DNA of 34,663 nucleotides, from contig JAHIKF010000156.1 of the NCBI GenBank assembly GCA_018897875.1, positions 1 through 34,663 on the forward strand, written 5' to 3'. A program made the position numbers and the translations under genes. The notes below the pieces were generated by a model. The model searched no databases. It was not told the origin of the DNA and saw only the letters and a program-made list of their open reading frames with translations. Each line of letters starts with the position of its first letter. The first letter of the stretch is position 1. Shown one piece after another: positions 23,422-31,326 of this stretch. This DNA is from Pseudomonadota bacterium. Lineage in GTDB: Bacteria; Desulfobacterota; Desulfobaccia; Desulfobaccales; 0-14-0-80-60-11.

Positions 23422-24405
23422 ATGGGGCAAGAGACCTGGGCTATCGGGGTTGACTTGGGCGGCACCAAGGTGGAAGTGGCGGTGGTGGACGCGGGCGGCA
23501 AAATTCTCCAGCGGCTCAAGCAGCCCACCCACGTTGAGACCGGCCCGGAGCGCATCATGGCGGCCATCGCCGGAATGGTGCGGCAGTTGCAGGACCGGGG
23601 CCCGCAGACGCCCCCCGCCGGCGTCGGGGTGGGAGTGGCCGGCCAGGTCAACGCGGCCACCGGGGTGGTCAGGTTTGCGCCCAACCTCAACTGGCGCGAG
23701 GTGCCTTTACAAGACCGGCTCCAGACGGCCCTCACGTTGCCGGTGGTGGTCACCAACGACGTCAGGGCCGCGACCTGGGGCGAATGGCGCCACGGCGCCG
23801 GCCAGGGAGCCCAGGACCTCATCTGCCTGTTTATCGGCACCGGCATCGGCGGCGGGGTGGTGAGCGGCGGCCGGATGCTCGAAGGCTGCACTAACACCGC
23901 CGGGGAACTGGGGCACATCACCACCGACCTCAACGGCCCCCCCTGCACCTGCGGCCACCGGGGCTGCCTCGAGGCCCTGGCCGGGGGCTGGGCCATTGCC
24001 CGCCGGGCCCGGGAGGCCATCCGGGACGCCCCCGCCGCGGGCAAGGCCTTCCTTCAAGCCGCGGGGCTCAAAGAACCGGTGGCGCCCGAAGACGTCAACG
24101 CCCGGGTGGTGGCCGCCGCGGCCCGGGCCCACGACCCCCTGGCCCGCATCCTGGTGGACGAGGTGGCCCGGGCCCTGATCGCCGGGACGGTAAGCCTGGT
24201 CAACGCCTTTAACCCCTGCCGCCTGATCCTGGGCGGCGGCGTCATGCAGGGGCTGCCGGAGCTTACGGAGCGCATCGAGGCGGGCATCCGTGGCGCCGCA
24301 CTGAACGCCGCCATAGAGGGCTTAGAGGTCCTGCCGGCCAGGCTTAAAGGTGATGCCGGGGTAGTGGGGGCCGCCACCCTGGCCATCCGGTCCTTCGCAC
24401 CCTAA
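23422..24405 (+). CDS. ROK-family sugar kinase (glucokinase-like)
   Basis: IGVDLGGTKVEVAVVD (ATP-binding N-terminus), NDVRAATWGE, IGTGIGGGVV, ROK Zn motif GELGHITTDLNGPPCTCGHRGCLEALAGG. GGGAGG lies 7 nt before the ATG at 23422. Confidence 0.85.
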   Translation: MGQETWAIGVDLGGTKVEVAVVDAGGKILQRLKQPTHVETGPERIMAAIAGMVRQLQDRGPQTPPAGVGVGVAGQVNAATGVVRFAPNLNWREVPLQDRLQTALTLPVVVTNDVRAATWGEWRHGAGQGAQDLICLFIGTGIGGGVVSGGRMLEGCTNTAGELGHITTDLNGPPCTCGHRGCLEALAGGWAIARRAREAIRDAPAAGKAFLQAAGLKEPVAPEDVNARVVAAAARAHDPLARILVDEVARALIAGTVSLVNAFNPCRLILGGGVMQGLPELTERIEAGIRGAALNAAIEGLEVLPARLKGDAGVVGAATLAIRSFAP

Positions 24406-24483
24406 AATAATCCGACAAAGACCCCTCAGACCTCGAGCCCGACGCCCTGCGCCAGTTCCTTTCTTTCTAACTTGTTAACAATA

Positions 24484-24524
24484 AAAAAGCCCCGATCCTG
24501 ATTTTGGAACGGGGTTTTATTTTG
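24484..24524. terminator. bidirectional rho-independent terminator between the convergent ROK kinase and molybdoenzyme genes
   Basis: AAAAAAGCCCCGATCC-tgatttt-GGAACGGGGTTTTATTTT: the stem is flanked by an A-run upstream and a T-run downstream, so it can terminate both strands. Confidence 0.6.
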
Positions 24525-24781
24525 CGGTTGCCCTGTGCCTAAGAGAAATTAATAAACAAAAAATCTAAATATGCATATCCTCCATGGTGGTTGGAGCAAA
24601 GCATATCAGAGACTCTCTGTAAACATCAACTAATTAAGGGGTCATTATCCAATTACAAGAATCAAGAATAATGACCTGCCGGCCAAGTTCACACTCTGCT
24701 ATTCTTGTTTTAGAAATTTGCTTCCCAAATTCATGCAAGGATAAGCCAATGCTTCTTTCTTGATTTCAGTATCTGGGAGAG

Positions 24782-26977
24782 TCACACTTTACCCCCTTTG
24801 CACATGATTCCCCTCATCTGATGATGCCCGTTGAATTCTTCGAATGGAGGGCCATCCGAAATGATCGTATTCACGTTGTATTCGTAGATGCCGTGATCCG
24901 GACTGGTGATCTCCGGGTACCACCATCCTTGAGAAATGGAGACCACATGGGGGTGCATTTCAGGCACAAGGCGGGCCTTGCCCTTTACCCTCTCTCCCTT
25001 CATCTGGTAGGACTCCAGCCACATCCAGTCCCCTTCTTTGATACCCAGGCCTTGAGCTGTCTGGGGATGGACCTCGATCTCAGGCTCAGAGGCCAGCTTC
25101 CGTAATGATGGACAATCAAATCGTTCCGAATTTTGATAGAACCGGAGCCGGTGGTGCACCATGATGAGGGGATATTCTTTCCAGATATCAGGTCTGCTCA
25201 GAGGGCTCACCGGGTCTTCCCGGTAATTGGGCAGCGGGTCGTAATTTAGTTTTTTAAACCAATACGAATAAAGTTCAACCTTACCTGTGGGGGTATTCCA
25301 TTTCCAACCAGGAAGTTCATATTTTTTAAAGTCCATTGGGAATATCATTTGGTGTTGGGGCTGCGCCATGAGCTCTTGATATGTGGTCCCGACAGGCTCA
25401 AGCATCCAGTCGTGGAACTCCTCTATGTTTTCCCATGGAACATCTGCCCCCATCCTCTTGCCCAGCTCAATGACGATTCTCATATCGTCCCAGGCCTCGC
25501 CCGGAGGGTCGACCACTTTCGGGCATGCTACGATGCTGTTCCCATAGGGAGCCCCGGGCGCCCCACTTAGCGTGTGATTGAGGGAGTCGATCTCGGCTGC
25601 GTGCGCTGCAGGCAGCACCAAGTCAGCAACTTCGCATGTTGGCGTCATGAAAAGATCGGCCACTACCATGAAGTCAAGTCCCTTGAGGATATTCCACAGC
25701 CTTTTGGGGTTGGCGTAATGCGCCATAGGATTGGTGCCGGGGACGTAGAGCCCTCGCACTTTCCCCTCTTCCATATACTCCAGGAGCGTCGGGTAGTGAC
25801 TGTTGTAGTCGAACCAGCTGATCTCCTGGGGGCCATTGTAGATAGGGTAATCTCTGTAGCCGGGCCTCTTGGCCTCCAAGTCGGGCGACCGGCGCCAGTT
25901 GCGCATCATCCAATAGATGTTTCTAAACCCGTTGAGAGTACCGTTTAGATACTCCCTAGGCCCAAGGGCGGCGGCCGTGGGAATATCTCCCGGTGTGTGA
26001 AGGATGTTTCCTCCGACGGAATCCAGATCCCCCTTGATGCTGAATATGCATGTGATGGCCCGGCAAGTCTGTGTGGAATTGAGGGATTGGCCGTCCACGC
26101 CCAGCCGGGTATGAATGCACGAGGGCCGCGTCCTGCCGTATAGCCTCGCAGCCTCGATGATCTGCTCCTTAGGCACCCAGGTAATTTGTTGAGCCCGCTC
26201 TGGAGTCCACTCGGCCACCCTTTGCTTGAGTTCCTCAAAGCCGAGGCACTGCTGAGCTACGAATTCTCTATCGTAAAGACCTTCCTCGATCATCACGTTG
26301 AGCCAGGCTAGGGCCAGGGCGCCGTCCGACTGAGGCCGAACCCTGAGCCACATGTCCGCCCTCTTAGCGGTCTCTGTGAAACGGGGATCGATCACAATCA
26401 CCTTGGCCCCCCTTTTCTGGGCCTCAAAGATGCGCCTCGCCTTGACGGGCCGGGTATCAACCACGTTGGCGCCCCAGATGACGATGCACTTGCTGTTCTC
26501 GTAATCGATCCGGGTCTCCCAGGTGGTCCATTCTCCAAAGGTCATGAAATCGGAGATGCAGCTGCACTGAGAGCACTGGTAGTTGGCATCCAGGATGTTG
26601 GGAGTGTTCAGGAACTTTGCCAAGGAGTGGCTGGCGTCACAGGTTCTTTCCTTGTGGTGGGAGGATATTCCAACGCAGTTTGCCTCAGGACCAAAGCGGT
26701 CCCTGATGTCGGCAAATTTGCCGGCCATAAGATCCAGAGCCTCATCCCAGCTAATCCGAACCCATTTGCCAGTTCCCTTTTCCCCCGTGGCCTTTAATGG
26801 GTATTTGAGCCGGCGGGGATGATGTAGGGTTTCAGCCATATAAAGGCCTTTTTCACACCCGGGATGCAAAACCTTCGCAAGCTGGCCATCCTTGACCTTG
26901 CACTCCAGAAAGCATCTCTCATGGCAGACTTGACAAACGGTCTCCACAGTAGCGGTAAATTTATTATTTCTGTCCAT
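24782..26977 (-). CDS. cytoplasmic molybdopterin/tungstopterin-guanine-dinucleotide enzyme (DMSO-reductase/MopB superfamily), acetylene-hydratase-like clade
   Basis: 731-aa ORF with a perfect SD (GGAGGTGATC). N-terminal [4Fe-4S] motif CQVCHERC...C and no twin-arginine signal. Several blocks resemble my recollection of Pelobacter acetylenicus acetylene hydratase: LYDREFVAQQCLGFEELKQRV, PTGKVELYSYWFKKLNYDPLPNYREDP, KEYPLIM, HPQTAQGLGIKEGDWMWLES. Monocistronic. Confidence 0.85.
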   Translation of the reverse strand: MDRNNKFTATVETVCQVCHERCFLECKVKDGQLAKVLHPGCEKGLYMAETLHHPRRLKYPLKATGEKGTGKWVRISWDEALDLMAGKFADIRDRFGPEANCVGISSHHKERTCDASHSLAKFLNTPNILDANYQCSQCSCISDFMTFGEWTTWETRIDYENSKCIVIWGANVVDTRPVKARRIFEAQKRGAKVIVIDPRFTETAKRADMWLRVRPQSDGALALAWLNVMIEEGLYDREFVAQQCLGFEELKQRVAEWTPERAQQITWVPKEQIIEAARLYGRTRPSCIHTRLGVDGQSLNSTQTCRAITCIFSIKGDLDSVGGNILHTPGDIPTAAALGPREYLNGTLNGFRNIYWMMRNWRRSPDLEAKRPGYRDYPIYNGPQEISWFDYNSHYPTLLEYMEEGKVRGLYVPGTNPMAHYANPKRLWNILKGLDFMVVADLFMTPTCEVADLVLPAAHAAEIDSLNHTLSGAPGAPYGNSIVACPKVVDPPGEAWDDMRIVIELGKRMGADVPWENIEEFHDWMLEPVGTTYQELMAQPQHQMIFPMDFKKYELPGWKWNTPTGKVELYSYWFKKLNYDPLPNYREDPVSPLSRPDIWKEYPLIMVHHRLRFYQNSERFDCPSLRKLASEPEIEVHPQTAQGLGIKEGDWMWLESYQMKGERVKGKARLVPEMHPHVVSISQGWWYPEITSPDHGIYEYNVNTIISDGPPFEEFNGHHQMRGIMCKGGKV

Positions 26978-27145
26978 AGATCACCTCCCTGTAAACTGAG
27001 ATTATGCGGCAATCTTGTCCGCCGCAGTCCAAAAATGGTCTTGGGGACCTCATCTTGCAGGACTTTCACGGATAATGCACCGGGAACGCAACATTGTCCA
27101 TTGAAATTTTTCAGGGGTATAAATAATGGGGCAGCAGGCATCTCT

Positions 27146-27161
27146 TGCTACCGATTGGCCA
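27146..27161 (-). promoter_or_regulatory. candidate sigma54 (-24/-12) promoter upstream of the molybdoenzyme gene
   Basis: The minus strand reads TGGCCAATCGGTAGCA against the consensus TGGCACG-N4-TTGCW. The GG and GC dinucleotides are at the correct spacing and 9 of 12 defined positions match. It lies about 170 nt upstream of the ATG. Confidence 0.3.
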
Positions 27162-27183
27162 GCCAACGGCAATTTTCTTGGAG

Positions 27184-27268
27184 GGGCGGACCTATGTGTC
27201 CGCCCTGAATTGAGGCCGCACAGGTTGAAAACCTGCGCCACCAAAGGCGGCGGGCGCACAAGCCCGCC
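27184..27268. repeat. cluster of three REP-like GC hairpins
   Basis: GGGCGGAC-ctatgt-GTCCGCCC (27184-27205), an imperfect CGCACAGGTT-gaaa-AACCTGCGC (27216-27238), and GGCGGGC-gcacaa-GCCCGCC (27247-27268). Confidence 0.5.
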
Positions 27269-27293
27269 CACGGGAAAACCAGACCGGCCCGCC

Positions 27294-28427
27294 TCAGTCC
27301 TTTTCTTCTAATTCCACCTTGAGAGAGAAGAAATCCAACAGGTCTTTCAAGCTTACCAGCCCCACCAGGCGGCCGTTTTCCACCACCATCAGCCGGCTGG
27401 CCGCGCTCTGGTTCATCATGGACAGGGCCTTGATGGCGTCGGTGTCAGGCGAGATGGTATTTTCCTCCGAACAGGGGCTGGCCGCTTCCCGGATGGTCTC
27501 CCGGTCCCACGCCTCCCGGGGAATATCCTTCACCTGCCGGGTGGTGATGCAGCCCGCCAGCTTATCCCCGGCCATGACCGGAAACATCTTATGATGATAT
27601 TTGTAGATATAATCTTCCACCAGTTGGGCCACGGTGATGGAATCCGGTACCGTCACCGGGTGGGCGTTCATGAAGCGGCGCACCGGTTCGCCCTCCAAGG
27701 CCTTGCGCACCAAAAGCTGCTGGTACGACATCTGGGCCGCGCTCCTTAAAAACATGCCGATCAAGAACATCCACACCCCGCCGATAACGTTGCCGCCGAT
27801 GAACTGCAGGACGCCCAGGAAGATGAGTCCGAGGCCGAAGGCGGTGCCGATGGACGAAGAGACCCGGGTAGCCCAGCGCAGGTTGTCCTTGGCGCCCCAC
27901 AGGATGGAGCGCAGCACCCGCCCGCCGTCCAGGGGAAAAGCCGGTAGGAGATTAAAGGCCGCCAGGATGAGGTTGATATAGAACAGGTAATAGGTGACGG
28001 CATTGACCGGAGTACTCCAGCCGCCAGCCTCTCCCCCACGGTAGACCAGGTAAAATACGCCCCCGATGGCGAGGCTGGACAGGGGGCCGGCGATGGCCAT
28101 CATGAATTCGGCCTTGGCGGTGGGGGGCTCATCCCCCATCTCCGCCACCCCGCCGAAGATGAACAGGGTGATGCCCTTCATGGACATGCCGTATTGCCGG
28201 GCCACCAGAGAATGACAGAACTCATGGGCCACGATGGAGACGAAGAGCCCCAGGGCCCCCACCACCCCCATGGTCCAGTAAGTCATCGGGGTGAGGTTCG
28301 GATACCAGTCGGGAAAGGCCCCTTTGGCCAGGGACCAGGTGACCAGCACCGCGATGACGAGCCAACTTGCATCGATCTTGACCTCGAACCCGAAAAGCTT
28401 AAACAGTTTCATGGACCTGCCGAACAT
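27294..28427 (-). CDS. site-2 protease family (peptidase M50) membrane metalloprotease with C-terminal CBS pair
   Basis: HEFCHSLVARQYG (HExxH), AFNLLPAFPLDGGRVL (second metal-ligand motif), multiple TM segments, then two CBS-like repeats. The SD GGGAGG is embedded in the end of the upstream gene. Confidence 0.9.
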   Translation of the reverse strand: MFGRSMKLFKLFGFEVKIDASWLVIAVLVTWSLAKGAFPDWYPNLTPMTYWTMGVVGALGLFVSIVAHEFCHSLVARQYGMSMKGITLFIFGGVAEMGDEPPTAKAEFMMAIAGPLSSLAIGGVFYLVYRGGEAGGWSTPVNAVTYYLFYINLILAAFNLLPAFPLDGGRVLRSILWGAKDNLRWATRVSSSIGTAFGLGLIFLGVLQFIGGNVIGGVWMFLIGMFLRSAAQMSYQQLLVRKALEGEPVRRFMNAHPVTVPDSITVAQLVEDYIYKYHHKMFPVMAGDKLAGCITTRQVKDIPREAWDRETIREAASPCSEENTISPDTDAIKALSMMNQSAASRLMVVENGRLVGLVSLKDLLDFFSLKVELEEKD

Positions 28428-28430
28428 CTC

Positions 28431-29294
28431 TTACCTCCCGCCGCCGCGTTTGAGCAGCGCTTCCAGTTCCCGGGCTTCCTGCTCCTGTCCCCGGGTCTGG
28501 TAGAGGCCCAACAGGAGATTGCCGTTGAGATCCGCCTCCTGCCGGTCGCCCCGGGCCAGGGCCAGAAGGGTCAGGCCCTTGAGGCTGGCGGCAATGCCAT
28601 CGGTATCCTGGAGGCGGCGGAATTCGCGTAAGGCCTCCTTGAGATACATTGCGGCCCGGTCATAGTCCTTCAGGTCCAGGAAGGTGCGCCCCAGGCGCTC
28701 CTGGCGCAGGGCCTGGCCCCGCGGGTCTTTGGCGCCCGTATCGGCCATGAGGGCCTGGTGGTAATAATTCAGGGCCAGCGTATAGTCCTTATGGACCCGG
28801 GCCACATCCCCCAGGTGGGTCAGGGTCAGGGCCAAAAGCGCCCCCGGGGGCAGCTGCCGGGCCTGATCCAGGGCCTCCAGGTAGGCGGCGTTGGCCTCCG
28901 GAAGACGGCCCTGGCCTTGATAAGCCATACCCAGGTTGTTCAGGGTCTCGGCCATGGCGGCGGGGTCGTTACGTTCCCGGTTCACGGCCAGGGCTTCCTG
29001 AAAGCGGCGGCCGGCCTGCTCCAGGTTCCCCTGGGCCTGGGCGATCACCCCGAGGTTGTTGAGGTTGGCGGCGATGCCTTCCCTCCGGTCGATGAGCCGG
29101 TTGTAGTCCAGGGCCTTTTCGAACTTTCCCCGGGCCAGGTCAAAGCGGCTCTGCCGGTAATACTGATACCCCGCGTCATTGAAGGCGATGGCTTCACTTT
29201 TAAGGTCCACGCCGGTCTTGGCGGGCCCGCCGCAGCCCAACAGGAAAACCAGAACCCACAGCCATCGCCACCGGTTGTTCACAGCTAAGGTCAC
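28431..29294 (-). CDS. TPR-repeat lipoprotein
   Basis: Signal peptide with lipobox (VFLLGCG). Repeated 34-aa TPR-like units with the A..LNNLG..Y...G....A...Y..AL pattern. Confidence 0.85.
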   Translation of the reverse strand: MTLAVNNRWRWLWVLVFLLGCGGPAKTGVDLKSEAIAFNDAGYQYYRQSRFDLARGKFEKALDYNRLIDRREGIAANLNNLGVIAQAQGNLEQAGRRFQEALAVNRERNDPAAMAETLNNLGMAYQGQGRLPEANAAYLEALDQARQLPPGALLALTLTHLGDVARVHKDYTLALNYYHQALMADTGAKDPRGQALRQERLGRTFLDLKDYDRAAMYLKEALREFRRLQDTDGIAASLKGLTLLALARGDRQEADLNGNLLLGLYQTRGQEQEARELEALLKRGGGR

Positions 29295-29345
29295 CCTCCA
29301 TGTACGTCTAAAATTTAAAAGCTATTTCTTGAAGGCCGGTTTTTT

Positions 29346-29430
29346 AAGTCCCACTTTTCTTAAGGGGGATTTAGGGGGATTATTAAGCACTTATTAATCC
29401 CCCCTACCCCCCTTTACAAAGGGGGGAGGA
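29346..29430. repeat. second locus of the inverted G5/C5-rich unit pair
   Basis: AAGTCCCACTTTTCTTAAGGGGGATTTAGGGGGATT ... AATCCCCCCTACCCCCCTTTACAAAGGGGGGAGG. Both halves are homologous to the units at 23179-23274, but the two units face the opposite way relative to each other. Confidence 0.6.
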
Positions 29431-29476
29431 AAATCGCGGTTTTAAATGCCATTTTAGTCAGTTATAAAACGTTACC

Positions 29477-30490
29477 CTAATCCTTTCCCGGTGCCGCATC
29501 CATCCGGATGGTGTGCTCCTGGGGTCGGGGCACATAGTTGCGCAGCGGCCATAATTGCTTCGCCGCCTTGGCCGCCTGGTCGGCGTCCCCGAACAGCGTC
29601 TGGCCTTCGGTGACCAAACCCGGCAGCCCCTTGCCGGCCTTATCCAGGTTCGCCACGAAACTCTCCAATTTCTTTGCTATGTCCGGCAGCCGGGCCATGG
29701 CTTCCTTTAAATCCGCCGAGGTTAAATTGAGTTTGGCAAAAGTGGCCTGCAACTCCGCCATGGTCTTGACGGTCTGGTCTTTGAAGGCCTGGTCATGCAA
29801 CAGCGTGCTAACCACGCCCTTGCCTTTTTCCAGGCCGTCGGCGAATTTTCGTAGTTGCGCCACGGCGTCGGCGGTATCCCGGTAGAGGCCGGGATCGTTC
29901 ACCAGCTGTCCCATGCTCCCCGTGCCGGCGTTGATCTTGGAGACGATGTCCCTGACTTCGGCCAGGATCTTCCTGGTATCACTTGCCGGTTCCGCCAGGT
30001 CATCGGTGACGGTCCTCAGGTTACCGAGGATTTTTTGCAGATCATCCAGGGCGGGGCCCGCCTGGGCCATGATCTGGGTGATATCCAGGGGCTCCACCGA
30101 AGTCACGAGGCCTGCCGGGGGAATCGGCGCTTTACTGAGGGACCCAGCGGTCAGGTCCAGGCTCTTGTCGCCCAGCAACCCCAGGAAACCGATGGTGGAC
30201 CGGGTATCCTCCCGGATTCGGTCGCTGTTCTTTTTCATAACATGGAAGGTAACCGCGATGCTGCCCTCGGCATTGACGGTGGTGCTAAGGACAGTGCCGA
30301 CCGTGACCCCGGCCAGGTGGACCTCGGAGCCGGGCTTGAGGCCGCTGACATTCTTGAAAATGGTCCGGTAGGTGACGTACTCCTGAAAGAGTCCTTCCTG
30401 CTGGGCCACAATCAAGGCCATGACGAGGAGGGCCGCCATGGAGGCCACAACAAAGATGCCGACGACAGTTTCATATCTGCGTGCGATCAT
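29477..30490 (-). CDS. mlaD: MlaD/MCE-domain protein (ABC lipid-transport periplasmic component)
   Basis: Start at MIARRYETVVGIFVVASMAALLV (TM anchor), then the MCE domain (FKNVSGLKPGSEVHLAGVTVGTV) and a long helical C-terminal region. The ATG at 30490 overlaps the upstream stop (ATGA). The track ORF extension to 30586 is not supported. Confidence 0.85.
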   Translation of the reverse strand: MIARRYETVVGIFVVASMAALLVMALIVAQQEGLFQEYVTYRTIFKNVSGLKPGSEVHLAGVTVGTVLSTTVNAEGSIAVTFHVMKKNSDRIREDTRSTIGFLGLLGDKSLDLTAGSLSKAPIPPAGLVTSVEPLDITQIMAQAGPALDDLQKILGNLRTVTDDLAEPASDTRKILAEVRDIVSKINAGTGSMGQLVNDPGLYRDTADAVAQLRKFADGLEKGKGVVSTLLHDQAFKDQTVKTMAELQATFAKLNLTSADLKEAMARLPDIAKKLESFVANLDKAGKGLPGLVTEGQTLFGDADQAAKAAKQLWPLRNYVPRPQEHTIRMDAAPGKD

Positions 30491-31326
30491 GGGGTCGTTT
30501 CCCCCTGGGGCTCCCGGTGGAGAAAGCGCAGGACCTCGGGGTGGGAGGAGTGCAGGAATTCCTCGTAGGTCCCCTGAAAGGCCCACTGGCCCTGGTCGAG
30601 GAGGACCAGCCGGTTGGCCACCAGTTCAGTCAGGCGCAGGTCATGGGTGACCACGATGGAGGTGACCTGCAAGGCCTGCTGAAGGCCCCGGAGCAGGCCA
30701 CCGATCTCGTCCCCGGTAATGGGGTCCAGCCCGGAGGTGGGCTCGTCATAGATGATGATCTGGGGGTCCAGGGCCAGGCTGCGGGCCAGGGCGGCCCGGC
30801 GCTGCATGCCGCCGGATAGGGCGGTGGGCTCGAGGCCCTCCGCCCCCGCCAGCCCCACCTGCCCCAGTTTCTCCACCACCCGGCGCTCGATCTCTTCGTC
30901 ACTCCAATCGGTATGTTGCACCATGGGAAAGGCGACGTTTTCCCCCACGGTCATGGAGTCATACAGGGCCGAGCCCTGGAACAGGTAGCCGGTCTTCAGT
31001 CTCAGGCTCCTCCAGTCGGTATCGGTGACAAACTCGGTAATTTCCACCCCTTCCACCGTGATGCCGCCGGTATCCGGGGTGTTCAGCCCCACCAGCATGC
31101 TGGTCAACACGGTCTTGCCGGAACCGCTGCGGCCTAAAATTACCATGGTTTCCCCCGGGTAGACCTCCAGGTCTACCCCGATCAGCACCTTATTTTCCCC
31201 AAAAGATTTGTGGATCCCCCGGAAGGAAATCAAGGGGCTACCGGGCTCCGGGATGGCCCGGGCAGAGGCTCCTTCCCCCCTAAGGCCAGAGGAATATGGT
31301 GAGTTTGGTGAGAAAGACATCGGCAA
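30487..31326 (-). CDS. mlaF: ABC transporter ATP-binding protein (MlaF-like)
   Basis: ISFRGIHKSFGENKVL, Walker A GRSGSGKT, LSGGMQRRAALARSL, IIYDEPTSGLD. The start is uncertain: TTG 31326 or ATG 31320 would overlap mlaE, while TTG 31233 gives the family-typical N-terminus MISFRG. Confidence 0.85.
   Translation of the reverse strand: MPMSFSPNSPYSSGLRGEGASARAIPEPGSPLISFRGIHKSFGENKVLIGVDLEVYPGETMVILGRSGSGKTVLTSMLVGLNTPDTGGITVEGVEITEFVTDTDWRSLRLKTGYLFQGSALYDSMTVGENVAFPMVQHTDWSDEEIERRVVEKLGQVGLAGAEGLEPTALSGGMQRRAALARSLALDPQIIIYDEPTSGLDPITGDEIGGLLRGLQQALQVTSIVVTHDLRLTELVANRLVLLDQGQWAFQGTYEEFLHSSHPEVLRFLHREPQGETTP

Noticed and set aside
20482-24386. Minus-strand ORFs opposite the lipoprotein, patatin and ROK genes (20482-21084, 21097-21972, 22232-23041, 23217-24044, 24054-24386)
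   Set aside because: These are shadow-ORFs of the same kind. The plus-strand partners carry clear CapA, patatin and ROK motifs plus RBSs.
24639-24675. 9-bp inverted repeat GGTCATTAT...ATAATGACC downstream of the molybdoenzyme gene as a terminator or att site
   Set aside because: It has a 19-nt loop, no U-tract and no matching repeat at the other side of the low-GC pocket. It cannot be distinguished from chance in AT-rich DNA.
26978-27145. Moco riboswitch in the 5' UTR of the molybdoenzyme gene
   Set aside because: I could see local hairpins (for example GCGGC-ggacaagatt-GCCGC) but could not recognise the conserved Moco-motif core by eye. It would need an Infernal/Rfam scan.
23179-29430. G5/C5-rich repeats as a CRISPR array
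   Set aside because: There are only two loci, 6 kb apart. Each is an inverted pair with no regular repeat-spacer periodicity, and no cas genes are present.
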